This document shows, piece by piece, positions 1 to 8,539 of a DNA stretch of 32,000 nt. Each line of letters begins with the position of its first letter. Position 1 is the stretch's first letter. The notes below the pieces were generated by a model. The model saw only the letters and a program-made list of their open reading frames with translations. It ran no database searches and was not told the DNA's origin. Location: positions 4,680,001-4,712,000 of the forward strand of contig CP001848.1 in NCBI GenBank assembly GCA_000025185.1, read 5' to 3'. Position numbers and translations under genes: made by a program. This DNA comes from Pirellula staleyi DSM 6068. Lineage in GTDB: Bacteria > Planctomycetota > Planctomycetia > Pirellulales > Pirellulaceae.

Positions 1-175
1 GATTGTCGTTCACGCTGCGCATACTCGGCTGCGTATTCGGCGACTGTCCTAATAGTATCGTCGACTCACTTGCGATGAGTGCAGCGCTGCCGATTGCTAC
101 AGCAATCCAGCGCCGAGCACTGACTAGCGACACTCCGTGGGAACTGGCCCGATGGGAATTGCATGGTTGTTTCAT
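1..175 (-). CDS. Hypothetical protein, N-terminal fragment; the gene continues beyond the left edge
   Basis: I translated the minus strand by hand. ATG at 175-173 is preceded by GAGGG 5-9 nt upstream. The frame stays open to position 2 and reads MKQPCNSHRASSHGVSLVSARRWIAVAIGSAALIASESTILLGQSPNTQPSMRSVNDN, with a hydrophobic signal-anchor-like stretch. It is absent from the ORF track because no stop lies in the window. It competes with + ORF 3..371, which shares the same third-codon positions, so GC3 cannot decide between them. Confidence 0.3.
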   Translation of the reverse strand, partial: MKQPCNSHRASSHGVSLVSARRWIAVAIGSAALIASESTILLGQSPNTQPSMRSVNDN

Positions 176-633
176 CGCGCCCTCGATCTTATCTAAAGCC
201 CACTCGCCAGTATCACGCCCGGCCAGCCTGCTAGCACCCTCGCGACAGCAACGCTGCGCGCAGTCATCCCTACTGCTCTCTATTCTCTTCCTTTATCGGC
301 GGGAGGCAAACTTTTCTGCGGTAAACGATCGTAACGATTTTGCGATCACTTCTCCCGAGAACCGCATGTAGATTCCCCCTGAACATTCGATTTATTAGGC
401 ATCGGCGGCATAGGCGGGAGGACTGGAAGAACCGGTGCGGTGGGATTTACCGGCATATTTTCTCAGGTTGAGGGCAGGGTGGGAGCGATAAGAAGAGTCA
501 GGCGGATGGTGTCGCGCTGGTGGCGTGGGGATTGGACTACGTAGTCAGCGATACCTCGACTCTGCACGAAGTGGGCCTCTTCGGAGGCTGCTTTCTCCAG
601 GGCGGCTCGATGACGCAAGGCTCTCAGTTGCGA

Positions 634-727
634 GTGGCTCAGTGATGAGCTGGTCAGCACATGAGTGGCTCGTGCAGGAGACGTTCAGCGATGAACGGCC
701 TCCTGTGTGCGTGGCTCAGCGATGAGC
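634..727. repeat. Direct repeats upstream of the secretin gene: GTGGCTCAG(T/C)GATGAGC, two copies plus one partial
   Basis: The 17-mer gtggctcagtgatgagc at 634-650 recurs as gtggctcagcgatgagc at 711-727 with 1 mismatch, 77 bp apart. A shorter copy, tcagcgatgaac, lies at 685-696. All sit in the 744-bp non-coding stretch before the secretin start at 920. Confidence 0.6.
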
Positions 728-919
728 AAGCGAGTTGCAGGGCAGGGCCGGGTGATGGAAGCGATATCAGCGGCGACGTGAGTTGCCGGGCACCCGCTTC
801 ATGATCAACAGGGATGTAGTGCGATGGTGAGTGCGAGGGCGAGCGGCGCGGCGAACAATTCGCCCGTGTCGAGCGACGCGGCACTTGCTGGCGAGATCAA
901 TACGACAGGGGGAACGGCA

Positions 920-3742
920 ATGTCGCGATCGTTCGAGATGCGGCGCGGCGGAATGTCGCAGCGGTGGAAACGGGTCCTCGCAGCTTCGCTGTGTGCAGGA
1001 AGTTTCCTAACAGGTTCGCTCCTCTTCGGAGCTGAGAACCAGTTGCGGCCCGCTTCGAATTCGCCAGTGAATTCCAGCGAGAACTCGCCGGTCATCAATC
1101 CATACACAGCGTCGAGCACGAGCAGTTCGCGAAAGAACTCCCCCGCGCCGACACCAAGTCCTGCCGCTGTGGCCAAGACGCCGGCCAAGATGGTCTCGAC
1201 CCCATCGAAGCTGAAGCCGACCGTGGCAACTGCTGCCGAGCCGGCCACGCTGCCGCAAGCGGAAGCAGTCCTCGCGCCGATCGTGAAAGCGTCGGACATG
1301 CAGCGCCGGCCAGGCGTTAGCCAAGCACCGACTCTCGCGCCGATCGTGAAGTCGAGTCGACCCGCGCTCCGCCCGACTCCTGCAGCCGACGAAGTAGTCG
1401 GAACCGGTGCCACAGGTCTCGAGACGCGTGAAACGCTCCCGACTCCCGCTTCGATTCCTGTCGCGGCCAAGCCAGTGCTCGCGGCCCCCAAGCCGATCGC
1501 TGCGGCGGTTGCTCCTGCTGTAAATCCAGCCTCGGCGAGCGACACAGCTGCGGCGGTTCCCTCGCGCAGCGTAAGCCCGTGGATGCAAGAGCTCGATGCT
1601 CCGCGTCCACTCGCGCCGCACACGCCTGAAGTTGCACCACAGCCGATTCCAAGTGCTGAAACACCACGCTCGCTCGCCACGGAAACACCAGCAGCGGCTC
1701 CGCGCTCGTCGTTTGCCGAAGCGGCTGAACGTGCCACCGAGCTGCTCGAAACCCCCGCGCCACGCACGCTGCCGAGCGTCGAATTCGGTCGTCCGAAGTT
1801 CGAGCCACTCGCGGAAGCGATGCCGACGATTCCACCGGCAGCCGAGCCCGCGCCGGTCCGCAGCAGCTTCATCCCAGTCGCTACGAGCGATCCTGCATCA
1901 GCTCCGCTGGCGATCGCCCCCGCACCGACGCGGGAAGCTTCAGCTGCCGCGCCGATGAACTTCACCGCGCCGATTGCCGCTCCTAGTGCAGCTCCCACCG
2001 CAACTGCCACCAAGCCGGTCGCGGCCTTACCTGCGTCGGCTCCGATTGCTTCGGTCGAGCCGAGTGCGCCGCAGCAGTTCACTGCGGAAAACCCGCAGCA
2101 AATCGCGCCCGTGATCAGCAGCGTTCAGGCGCGTCTCAGGGCACGTCAAGCAGCTGAAGCGCGGACGCTCACTCCTTATTCGCAGTCGATCGCTCCGGTG
2201 ATCTCGCGTCCCGGCTATGCTCAGCCAGGCCAGACTCGTCCGGCAGCACTCGTGCAGCCCGAGCCGATCGGTCCTGCTCGTGTCGACATGATTCCTGAAG
2301 GCTCGCCGTTTGAAGTGATCGACGAGTCGGGTGTGCTGACCGTTCGTGTGCGTCGCTCGCGCTTGCTCCGCACTAAAGTCGATATCTATCGCACTGCGGT
2401 GGTCGACGAATCGATCTGCGATGTGGTGCAGTTCACCCCACGCGAAGTCTCGATCATCGGCAAGTCGCAAGGAGCAACCCATGTGACGTTCTGGTTCGAC
2501 GATCCGAACTCGCAGCCACTCACGTGGCTCGTGAAGGTCGAGCCCGACGCCGAGGAAGTCAAAAAGGAAGAGCAGACCTACAAGCTGCTGCAAGATGTCA
2601 TTAACGAGATGTTCCCCGATAGCAAAATCGAACTGGTGGTTGTCGCCAGCAAGCTGATCGTACGTGGTCAAGCGAAGGATAGCGAAGAGGCCGCCCAGAT
2701 CATCTCGATCATCCGTGCTCAAACGGGTGGACAAGGTCAAAACGGTCTCGGCGGCGGTCAAAATGGCCTCGGTGAAGGGGCAGCTGCCGACGTCCTCTCC
2801 GACAGTGCCACCGGCAACAGCAGCCGTTCGCGCTTGCAAGTGATCAACATGCTGCGAGTCCCTGGCGTTCACCAGGTGGCTCTGAAAGTGAAGATCGCCG
2901 AGCTCAACCGAACCGCTGCTCGCGGCTTTGGTGTCGACCTGAAAACCGATATCAGCTTCAGCGAATCGGAAAAAGGTTCGTCGCTGCTGCTCGAAAGCAT
3001 CCTCAACATGGCGGGTGGACAAGCTCCGGCCCTCCTCACGCAGATCGATGGGGACGAAATCCAGATTGGCATTCGTTACCTGCAGCAGCACGGTGTGGTG
3101 AAGCTGTTGGCCGAGCCGACGCTCGTCACCTTGAGTGGACGTCCCGCCACGTTCATCGCGGGTGGTGAGTTCGCCGTTCCGACGGTCGTCGGAAGTGCCG
3201 GCCTCAACGCCGTGACAACCGACTTCCGAGCCTTCGGTGCGATCATCAGCTTCATGCCGACGGTGGTCGACAAGGACCGCATCCGCCTCGAAGTAGCCCC
3301 CGAGTTCAGCCAGATCAATCAGGACCTGAACGTCGGTGGCACCCCTGGCTTGCGAGTGCGTGCCGCGACCACCACGGTCGAGATGCGTGAAGGTCAAACG
3401 CTCGCCATCGCTGGTCTGCTCGAAGACAACATGAACGGCACCACGATCGGCGATCTGCCGTTCCTGGCCAAGATCTTTGGACGACGCGGCATGCAGCGGA
3501 ACGAGACGGAACTGCTGATCCTGGTATCACCTGAACTGGTCCATCCGATGGAGCCTGAAGAGGTGCCACCACTCCCGGGCTTTGATGTCACGGAGCCCAC
3601 CAACGGGCAGTTCTTCCTGCACGGTGATTTGGAAGGAAATCCGACCCAAGATTACCGCAGCACGGTGTGGCCACGGCTCCGCAAACGCTACGGCAGCGGC
3701 GGCCCATCGATGACGAGCGGCCCGTTCGGTCACGGGCAGTAG
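920..3742 (+). CDS. cpaC: Tad/Flp-pilus type secretin (CpaC/RcpA family) with a long Pro/Ala-rich N-terminal extension
   Basis: ORF 824..3742. I prefer ATG 920 (GGGGGA just upstream), which gives the signal peptide MSRSFEMRRGGMSQRWKRVLAASLCAGSFLTGSLLFGA. The C-terminal half carries three pieces: a pilus-assembly N-terminal domain (VLTVRVRRSRLLRTKVDIYRTAVVDESICDVVQFTPREVSIIGKSQGATHVTFWF), a BON-like segment, and a secretin core (VKLLAEPTLVTLSGRPATFIAGGEFAVP...GQTLAIAGLL...DLPFLAKIFG...ETELLILVSPELV). Confidence 0.9.
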   Translation: MSRSFEMRRGGMSQRWKRVLAASLCAGSFLTGSLLFGAENQLRPASNSPVNSSENSPVINPYTASSTSSSRKNSPAPTPSPAAVAKTPAKMVSTPSKLKPTVATAAEPATLPQAEAVLAPIVKASDMQRRPGVSQAPTLAPIVKSSRPALRPTPAADEVVGTGATGLETRETLPTPASIPVAAKPVLAAPKPIAAAVAPAVNPASASDTAAAVPSRSVSPWMQELDAPRPLAPHTPEVAPQPIPSAETPRSLATETPAAAPRSSFAEAAERATELLETPAPRTLPSVEFGRPKFEPLAEAMPTIPPAAEPAPVRSSFIPVATSDPASAPLAIAPAPTREASAAAPMNFTAPIAAPSAAPTATATKPVAALPASAPIASVEPSAPQQFTAENPQQIAPVISSVQARLRARQAAEARTLTPYSQSIAPVISRPGYAQPGQTRPAALVQPEPIGPARVDMIPEGSPFEVIDESGVLTVRVRRSRLLRTKVDIYRTAVVDESICDVVQFTPREVSIIGKSQGATHVTFWFDDPNSQPLTWLVKVEPDAEEVKKEEQTYKLLQDVINEMFPDSKIELVVVASKLIVRGQAKDSEEAAQIISIIRAQTGGQGQNGLGGGQNGLGEGAAADVLSDSATGNSSRSRLQVINMLRVPGVHQVALKVKIAELNRTAARGFGVDLKTDISFSESEKGSSLLLESILNMAGGQAPALLTQIDGDEIQIGIRYLQQHGVVKLLAEPTLVTLSGRPATFIAGGEFAVPTVVGSAGLNAVTTDFRAFGAIISFMPTVVDKDRIRLEVAPEFSQINQDLNVGGTPGLRVRAATTTVEMREGQTLAIAGLLEDNMNGTTIGDLPFLAKIFGRRGMQRNETELLILVSPELVHPMEPEEVPPLPGFDVTEPTNGQFFLHGDLEGNPTQDYRSTVWPRLRKRYGSGGPSMTSGPFGHGQ

Positions 3743-3850
3743 TCGAGGGGCTGAAGGCTGGTGACAAGCGACGAGGAAGAGCCGAAAACAGCGGTATTCC
3801 TCGAAAAATAGAGCGACGAGAACCAACTCATCACGAGATCCTCACGATCT

Positions 3851-3992
3851 CCTGATGAAATCGATAGCAGTTACTGATGAGTACGTCACGAGTTACGATG
3901 TGAGTTGCCCAGGAGTTTTGCAAAAAGTTTTAAAGGAAGTGTACAGGCAGTTATCATAACTTCCTGATGAATTACCCAGCACTTCCTGATTA
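3851..3992. repeat. Cluster of CTGATGA/CTGATTA motifs in an AT-richer intergenic region
   Basis: The motifs are CCTGATGA at 3851-3858, ACTGATGA at 3873-3880, CCTGATGA at 3963-3970 and CCTGATTA at 3985-3992. The 10-mer ACTTCCTGAT occurs at 3959-3968 and 3981-3990, 22 bp apart. CACGAG/CACGAT motifs also recur between 3830 and 3900. Confidence 0.5.
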
Positions 3993-4066
3993 CTTCTGCA
4001 GAACTTACTCACCATTTACTCGCGACTTTTAGAAGCCATTACCACCTCACCCGCGAGGTCGATCCG

Positions 4067-4597
4067 ATGAAACGACGCGCCTTCTTCACGATGCTCCTGG
4101 CTGCCGCGGCAGCGCTCGGTTGTGCCCATGGCAAGACGAACAAGCGAGGCTATCGTGGTCCTGCTCACGATCGTCCGTTCCCCGCGGGTCAGGTGACCGA
4201 CTCCTTCTGGGAGACGCAAGAGACCAACGCCGAAGCTGCCGACTTCATCTTCTACGATCACGAGTTCCGTGGTCAGACGGCTGAACTGGCCCCCGGCGCG
4301 AAGCGTCACCTCGAAGAAGTGGCGATGCGACTCGAGCATGTGCCGTTCCCGGTGGTGATTGAAGTGAGTCAGCATCACGCCAAGCCGATGCTCGATCAAG
4401 CGCGACGTCGCACGATCGTCGAGCAGCTGGCTCGCATGGGTGTGCTGAACGCGGAAGAGCGCGTCGTGGTGGCCAATGCCTTCCCCGAAGGCTACACCGC
4501 CATCGAAGCCGAGTCGGCTTACTTCAACACACTCGGCGGCGCCTTCGGCGGCGGTGCCGGACGTCGCTTCGGCGGCACCGGCGGCAGCTACCGCTAA
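4067..4597 (+). CDS. Small lipoprotein of unknown function with a Gly-rich C-terminal tail; occupies the CpaD/RcpB position after the secretin
   Basis: ORF track. The N-terminus MKRRAFFTMLLAAAAALGCAHG has a lipobox (LGC). The C-terminus is GGAFGGGAGRRFGGTGGSYR. The gene follows the secretin on the same strand. Confidence 0.75.
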   Translation: MKRRAFFTMLLAAAAALGCAHGKTNKRGYRGPAHDRPFPAGQVTDSFWETQETNAEAADFIFYDHEFRGQTAELAPGAKRHLEEVAMRLEHVPFPVVIEVSQHHAKPMLDQARRRTIVEQLARMGVLNAEERVVVANAFPEGYTAIEAESAYFNTLGGAFGGGAGRRFGGTGGSYR

Positions 4598-4660
4598 CAG
4601 CACCTCGCAAAAACGATTCGATTGTCTTTCTGCTCGGTCCTATCCGTCACGAGATCCACG

Positions 4661-5656
4661 ATGAAAAGCTCGCTTCCAACCATCGCGATCATTGCACTTT
4701 CGACCCTCTCGTTGGCAACGGGTTGCAAGTCGATGCCATGGAATAACGATGGTGGCATGAAGCTCCCGAGCCCCTGGAGCACCGTCTCTGGCTCGAGCAA
4801 AAAGAGCACGACCGACAAAGTGGCCAGCAGTAAGAGTTCGAAGAAAATCCCTAAAAACGCCGAGAAAAACGCGAACGATCCGCTCTCGATGGAAATCGCT
4901 CGCGGTCGATCGATGGAACGCAATGGCGACTACGCCAAGGCTCGCGAACATTACGAATCGCTTTGGAAAGACAATTCTCAGAATGCTGAACTCGCGCATC
5001 GATTGGGTGTGGTTGCCGATCAGCAGAAACGCCACATCGAAGCAGAGCAGTACTTTATGATTTCGCTCCGCATCAATCCCGATGCTGCCCAGGTTCGGGG
5101 TGATCTTGGATACTGCTACTTCCTGCAAGGCAAATTGCCTCAGGCCGAAAGCAATCTGATGCAAGCGATTAAGATGGAACCTCAGAACGCTCGCCTGCAC
5201 AACAACCTCGGACTCGTCTTCGGTCACATGGGGAAGTATGAGTTTGCTTACGACGAGTTCTGCAAAGGTGGCAGCGAAGCGGATGCCTACTACAACCTGG
5301 CCTTCGTGCTCGCATCGCAAGACAAAACCGAAGATGCCATGGAATGCTTCCGCGAAGCACTAGTGTCGGACCCCAAGCACAAGGGTGCTCGTGAAGCTCT
5401 CGAATCGTTTGCTCAGTTCGAAGCGCTCCCAGAACATTTGAAGAATGCTAATAACGACATTGCCAGCAACGTACGCATGGTTCCCTACCAAGAGAATCTC
5501 GATGGGAGCGGCAACGATTCGCAGCAAACTTCAGCTGAGTTCGGTATCCCTAGCAGTCGCGACGCTGGTCGTCACACACGATCGCTACAAAATCGCTCGC
5601 GTGCCATGCTCAATAGCAACATGCAAAGCAACCGCGATGCACAGTTCGGCAACTAG
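4661..5656 (+). CDS. TPR-repeat lipoprotein (TadD/PilF-like candidate)
   Basis: ORF 4622..5656, with the start moved to ATG 4661. This gives MKSSLPTIAIIALSTLSLATGCKS, which has a lipobox. Several TPR-like repeats follow: GDYAKAREHYESL, AEQYFMISLRINPDAAQVRGDLGYCYFLQGKLPQAESNLMQAIKMEPQNARLHNNLGLVF, EDAMECFREALVSDP. Confidence 0.85.
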   Translation: MKSSLPTIAIIALSTLSLATGCKSMPWNNDGGMKLPSPWSTVSGSSKKSTTDKVASSKSSKKIPKNAEKNANDPLSMEIARGRSMERNGDYAKAREHYESLWKDNSQNAELAHRLGVVADQQKRHIEAEQYFMISLRINPDAAQVRGDLGYCYFLQGKLPQAESNLMQAIKMEPQNARLHNNLGLVFGHMGKYEFAYDEFCKGGSEADAYYNLAFVLASQDKTEDAMECFREALVSDPKHKGAREALESFAQFEALPEHLKNANNDIASNVRMVPYQENLDGSGNDSQQTSAEFGIPSSRDAGRHTRSLQNRSRAMLNSNMQSNRDAQFGN

Positions 5657-5752
5657 TGAAAGTCGATTTAACTTCTGCAAAGATGGCTCAGTATCGCGCA
5701 GCACGATGGGGCAGTTCAGCTCGATGATCGTGCCCATGAATCAAACGAGTAA

Positions 5753-6385
5753 CTACTCGCTTTTCGACTGGTTTTGCTGATAAATCGCCGACAAAACAGC
5801 TTCGACGTCGGCGAACTTCTTTTTCGATTTCAGCACGGAATCGAGCAGCTTTCGCGCATCAGATTCGCTATGTCCGAGCGTGCGCAGTGCTTCAAACGAA
5901 AGCTCCACTACATCGCGCTTGATCTCGGTTTCGCCAGCCGATTCGCGGGCTACGAGCAATGCAAACTTCGACATCTTGCGCCGCAGTTTGGCGATAATTC
6001 GTTCGGCTGTCGCAGCGCCAATGCCCGGTAGCGACGACAATCCTTCCGCATCTTGCTCTTCGATCATCACCGAGATTTCTTGCACCGGCCGCTGCATCGC
6101 GCGCAACGCCTTCTTCGCACCTACTCCATCGACACTGCAAAACATCTCGAAGAATTCACGCTCGACTTCAGAAACAAAGCCGACTAATCGCGGCGTCACC
6201 TTGCCACGCGATGGGTCGCCATCGAGGTAGTGAATCGTGTGCAAACTAATCTCTTGCCCAACACTCGAGGAAAGTGTGCGACGCGAAACAGCAGCGATCA
6301 GCACTTCGTAGTCGAACGGTGGTGCCGAGAGAATGGCGGCATCGTCAGTGAGTTGAATCAGCTTCGCGGTGATGCGCGTAATCAA
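5753..6385 (-). CDS. ruvA: Holliday junction branch-migration complex subunit RuvA
   Basis: ORF 5753..6454 contains the RuvA pattern [11 protein letters not shown]...LHTIHYLDGD...LVGFVSEVEREFFEMFCSVDGVGAKKALRAM...LSSLPGIGAATAERIIAKL. I prefer the TTG start at 6385-6383, giving MITRITAKL, the typical RuvA N-terminus. That TTG overlaps the ruvC TGA stop as TTGA. The ATG at 6454 would overlap ruvC by 73 nt. Confidence 0.88.
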   Translation of the reverse strand: MITRITAKLIQLTDDAAILSAPPFDYEVLIAAVSRRTLSSSVGQEISLHTIHYLDGDPSRGKVTPRLVGFVSEVEREFFEMFCSVDGVGAKKALRAMQRPVQEISVMIEEQDAEGLSSLPGIGAATAERIIAKLRRKMSKFALLVARESAGETEIKRDVVELSFEALRTLGHSESDARKLLDSVLKSKKKFADVEAVLSAIYQQNQSKSE

Positions 6386-6942
6386 TGCAGATCGTCCTCC
6401 GTTAAGCCGGGCGTGGCGATATGAAGCCCACTTCGGCTGAGATGAATATGACACAGGGCAATGGCCAGTGCATCGGCGACGTCGGGTGGCTCTGGAGGTG
6501 CCGCGAGCTTCAATTCGCGACAGACCGCATTTTGCATCTGGTCTTTGGGGGCTCGCCCATTACCGGTCAGCAACTTCTTGACTTGCGTCGAGGCGTAACT
6601 GAGCACCGGAATGCCAGCCTGATGTCCTGCGAGCAAAATCGCGCCGCGCGCATGTCCCATGAGAATTGCCGTGCGCGGCCGGTCGTAGTGCGAATAAAGT
6701 TCTTCAATCGCAAGCTCTGTGGGAGCCAGCGACTGAATCACATCATGAATTCCTGCATAAATCTCGCCAATCCGTGCGGCGAGCGTGGCACCACTACGTC
6801 CGCGCACCACTCCAGCCTCAATTATTTTAGGCGACATTCCGACGAGTTCGATGACACCATAACCGGTGATTCCGAGCCCGGGATCGACGCCAAGTACGCG
6901 ACGTGGTCGATCGGTTTCTAGCTGCTGCTTCCGATGCGCCAC
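6382..6942 (-). CDS. ruvC: Crossover junction endodeoxyribonuclease RuvC
   Basis: ORF track. [18 protein letters not shown]...ELAIEELY...[10 protein letters not shown]...[14 protein letters not shown] matches the RuvC catalytic fold pattern. Confidence 0.93.
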   Translation of the reverse strand: MAHRKQQLETDRPRRVLGVDPGLGITGYGVIELVGMSPKIIEAGVVRGRSGATLAARIGEIYAGIHDVIQSLAPTELAIEELYSHYDRPRTAILMGHARGAILLAGHQAGIPVLSYASTQVKKLLTGNGRAPKDQMQNAVCRELKLAAPPEPPDVADALAIALCHIHLSRSGLHIATPGLTEDDLH

Positions 6943-8465
6943 TCGGTGGTTCCCTTGCGATCTTCGAGGGCAATACCCATCTCGGCGAGTCCCAACCGAA
7001 TCCGATCGGCGGTAGCAAAATCCTTGCGATTGCGAGCTTCGGTACGCAGCTCCATCATCAGCTGCATCACCTTCGGCAGGACGGCATCGCCGCCACCGCC
7101 ACGCTTGGCAGGTTGACTTAAGAAGAGCCCCAAAATCGACGTCAACTCACGAAGCGTTTTTGCTGCCTTCACCAAAATCGCCACTTGGGGATGTGGCAAC
7201 TGCGTCACTTCATCGAGCTTATTTTGATCGGCAAACTTGTTCATCTCGCGAACCATTTCAAACAGGTCGCTCATCGCGCCACCTGTGTTGAAATCGTCGT
7301 CCATCTTCTCGAGAAATCCTTGGCGGAAGCCATGCACGAGCGTCAGTAGGGGGTCACCCGCTGGATCAAATTCGCCATCCTCTCGCTTGAGAGTCGGCGG
7401 GAGATTGAAAAAACGCTGCTTGGTGATTCGCTGAAAACGCTCGAAGAAACGATAGAACGACTCGAGAGCGGTCGACGACTCTTCAAGTCCCTCAGGACCA
7501 TACACCACGGTGCTGCGATAGTGCGTCTTCAGCAGGAAGAAGCGAATTCGCTCGCCACCTTGTTCAGCGATCACGTCGGCTAGTCCACCGGCACCACCGG
7601 AGCGGCTCATTTTGCCTGCAGGCTGTGGGGCAGCGGCTTCTTCGCGATCCCCCTTGCCACCCACTTTGCCAGCGGCACTCGAGGCTCGCAGCAAACCGTT
7701 GTGCATCCAGAAATTCACCATCGGCTTGCCGCTACAGCATTCGCTTTGGGCAAGTTCGTTTTCGTGATGCGGGAACACGAGATCGAGACCACCGCCGTGA
7801 ATGTCGAAGGTTTCGCCAAGGATCGCACGACTCATGGCCGAGCATTCGATGTGCCAGCCCGGGCGGCCTTGTCCCCACGGGCTATCCCAAGCAGGCTCGC
7901 CCGGCTTGGCCGATTTCCAAAGGGCAAAGTCGCTCGGCGATCGCTTTCGCGAAGCAGCTTCGCCACCTTCGCCTTGCTGACTATCGGCCGAACGATTGCT
8001 GAGCTTACCGTACTGAGCATCGCGCCCCACGTCAAAAAAAACATCACCACCAGCTGCGTAGGCAAAGTCCTTCTTGATGAGATCCTCGATGAACCGAATG
8101 ATGTCGTCCATGTATTCGGTCGCCTTAGGCATGCGATCGATTTGATCGACCCCAAGTGCTTTCAGGTTATTCAAATAATCGACCACCATCTCGGCGGCAA
8201 TTTCCGACATTGGAAGATTGCGCTCGCGCATCTGACCAATTAGCTTGTCGTCGACATCGGTGATATTCACCACCCAAGTCACTTGATAGCCGCAATAGGT
8301 GAGATAACGCTTGATCGTGTCAAAGATCACTGGCCCCACCATATGACCGATATGGCTCTCTTTATAGACCGTGGGGCCACAGAGATAGATGCCAACCTTG
8401 CCAGCAACCACTGGAACAAAAGGTTCTTTGGTCTTGGAAAGCGTGTTATAGACGCGAATGCTCAT
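6918..8465 (-). CDS. cysS: Cysteine--tRNA ligase
   Basis: ORF track. [18 protein letters not shown]...[20 protein letters not shown] contains the HIGH motif. It also has [21 protein letters not shown] and KMSRSGG (a KMSKS variant). Confidence 0.97.
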   Translation of the reverse strand: MSIRVYNTLSKTKEPFVPVVAGKVGIYLCGPTVYKESHIGHMVGPVIFDTIKRYLTYCGYQVTWVVNITDVDDKLIGQMRERNLPMSEIAAEMVVDYLNNLKALGVDQIDRMPKATEYMDDIIRFIEDLIKKDFAYAAGGDVFFDVGRDAQYGKLSNRSADSQQGEGGEAASRKRSPSDFALWKSAKPGEPAWDSPWGQGRPGWHIECSAMSRAILGETFDIHGGGLDLVFPHHENELAQSECCSGKPMVNFWMHNGLLRASSAAGKVGGKGDREEAAAPQPAGKMSRSGGAGGLADVIAEQGGERIRFFLLKTHYRSTVVYGPEGLEESSTALESFYRFFERFQRITKQRFFNLPPTLKREDGEFDPAGDPLLTLVHGFRQGFLEKMDDDFNTGGAMSDLFEMVREMNKFADQNKLDEVTQLPHPQVAILVKAAKTLRELTSILGLFLSQPAKRGGGGDAVLPKVMQLMMELRTEARNRKDFATADRIRLGLAEMGIALEDRKGTTEWRIGSSS

Positions 8466-8539
8466 GATTGTGATCTACTGAAAAATACGCTGAAAACGCT
8501 TGTTTTATGTGACTTTTCGGGCAATAAGTTCTTATCGAC

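Noticed and set aside
3-371. + strand ORF of 122 aa at the left edge.
   Set aside because: Its composition is Ser/Leu/Arg/Ala-rich and it has no recognisable motif. It is the mirror frame of the minus-strand N-terminal fragment 1..175, which has an ATG, an SD-like GAGGG and a signal-anchor. Neither is certain, so I kept only the minus call, at low confidence.
805-2082. Minus-strand 425-aa Ala/Gly-rich ORF, plus ORFs 1007..1621, 1317..1835 and 1596..1958 overlapping the secretin 5' half.
   Set aside because: These are shadow ORFs created by the GC-rich, stop-poor Pro/Ala-coding region, where all frames are open. The + frame is continuous with a clear signal peptide and secretin domains.
2027-3397. 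Minus-strand 456-aa ORF antisense to the secretin core.
   Set aside because: It has an antisense-type composition (R/D/H/E-rich with no motifs), and the sense frame carries unmistakable secretin motifs.
5657-5752. Possible terminator hairpin (ATGGGGCA...TGCCCAT) between the convergent TPR and ruvA genes.
   Set aside because: The stem is imperfect (one bulge), the loop is 17 nt, and no flanking U-run is present.
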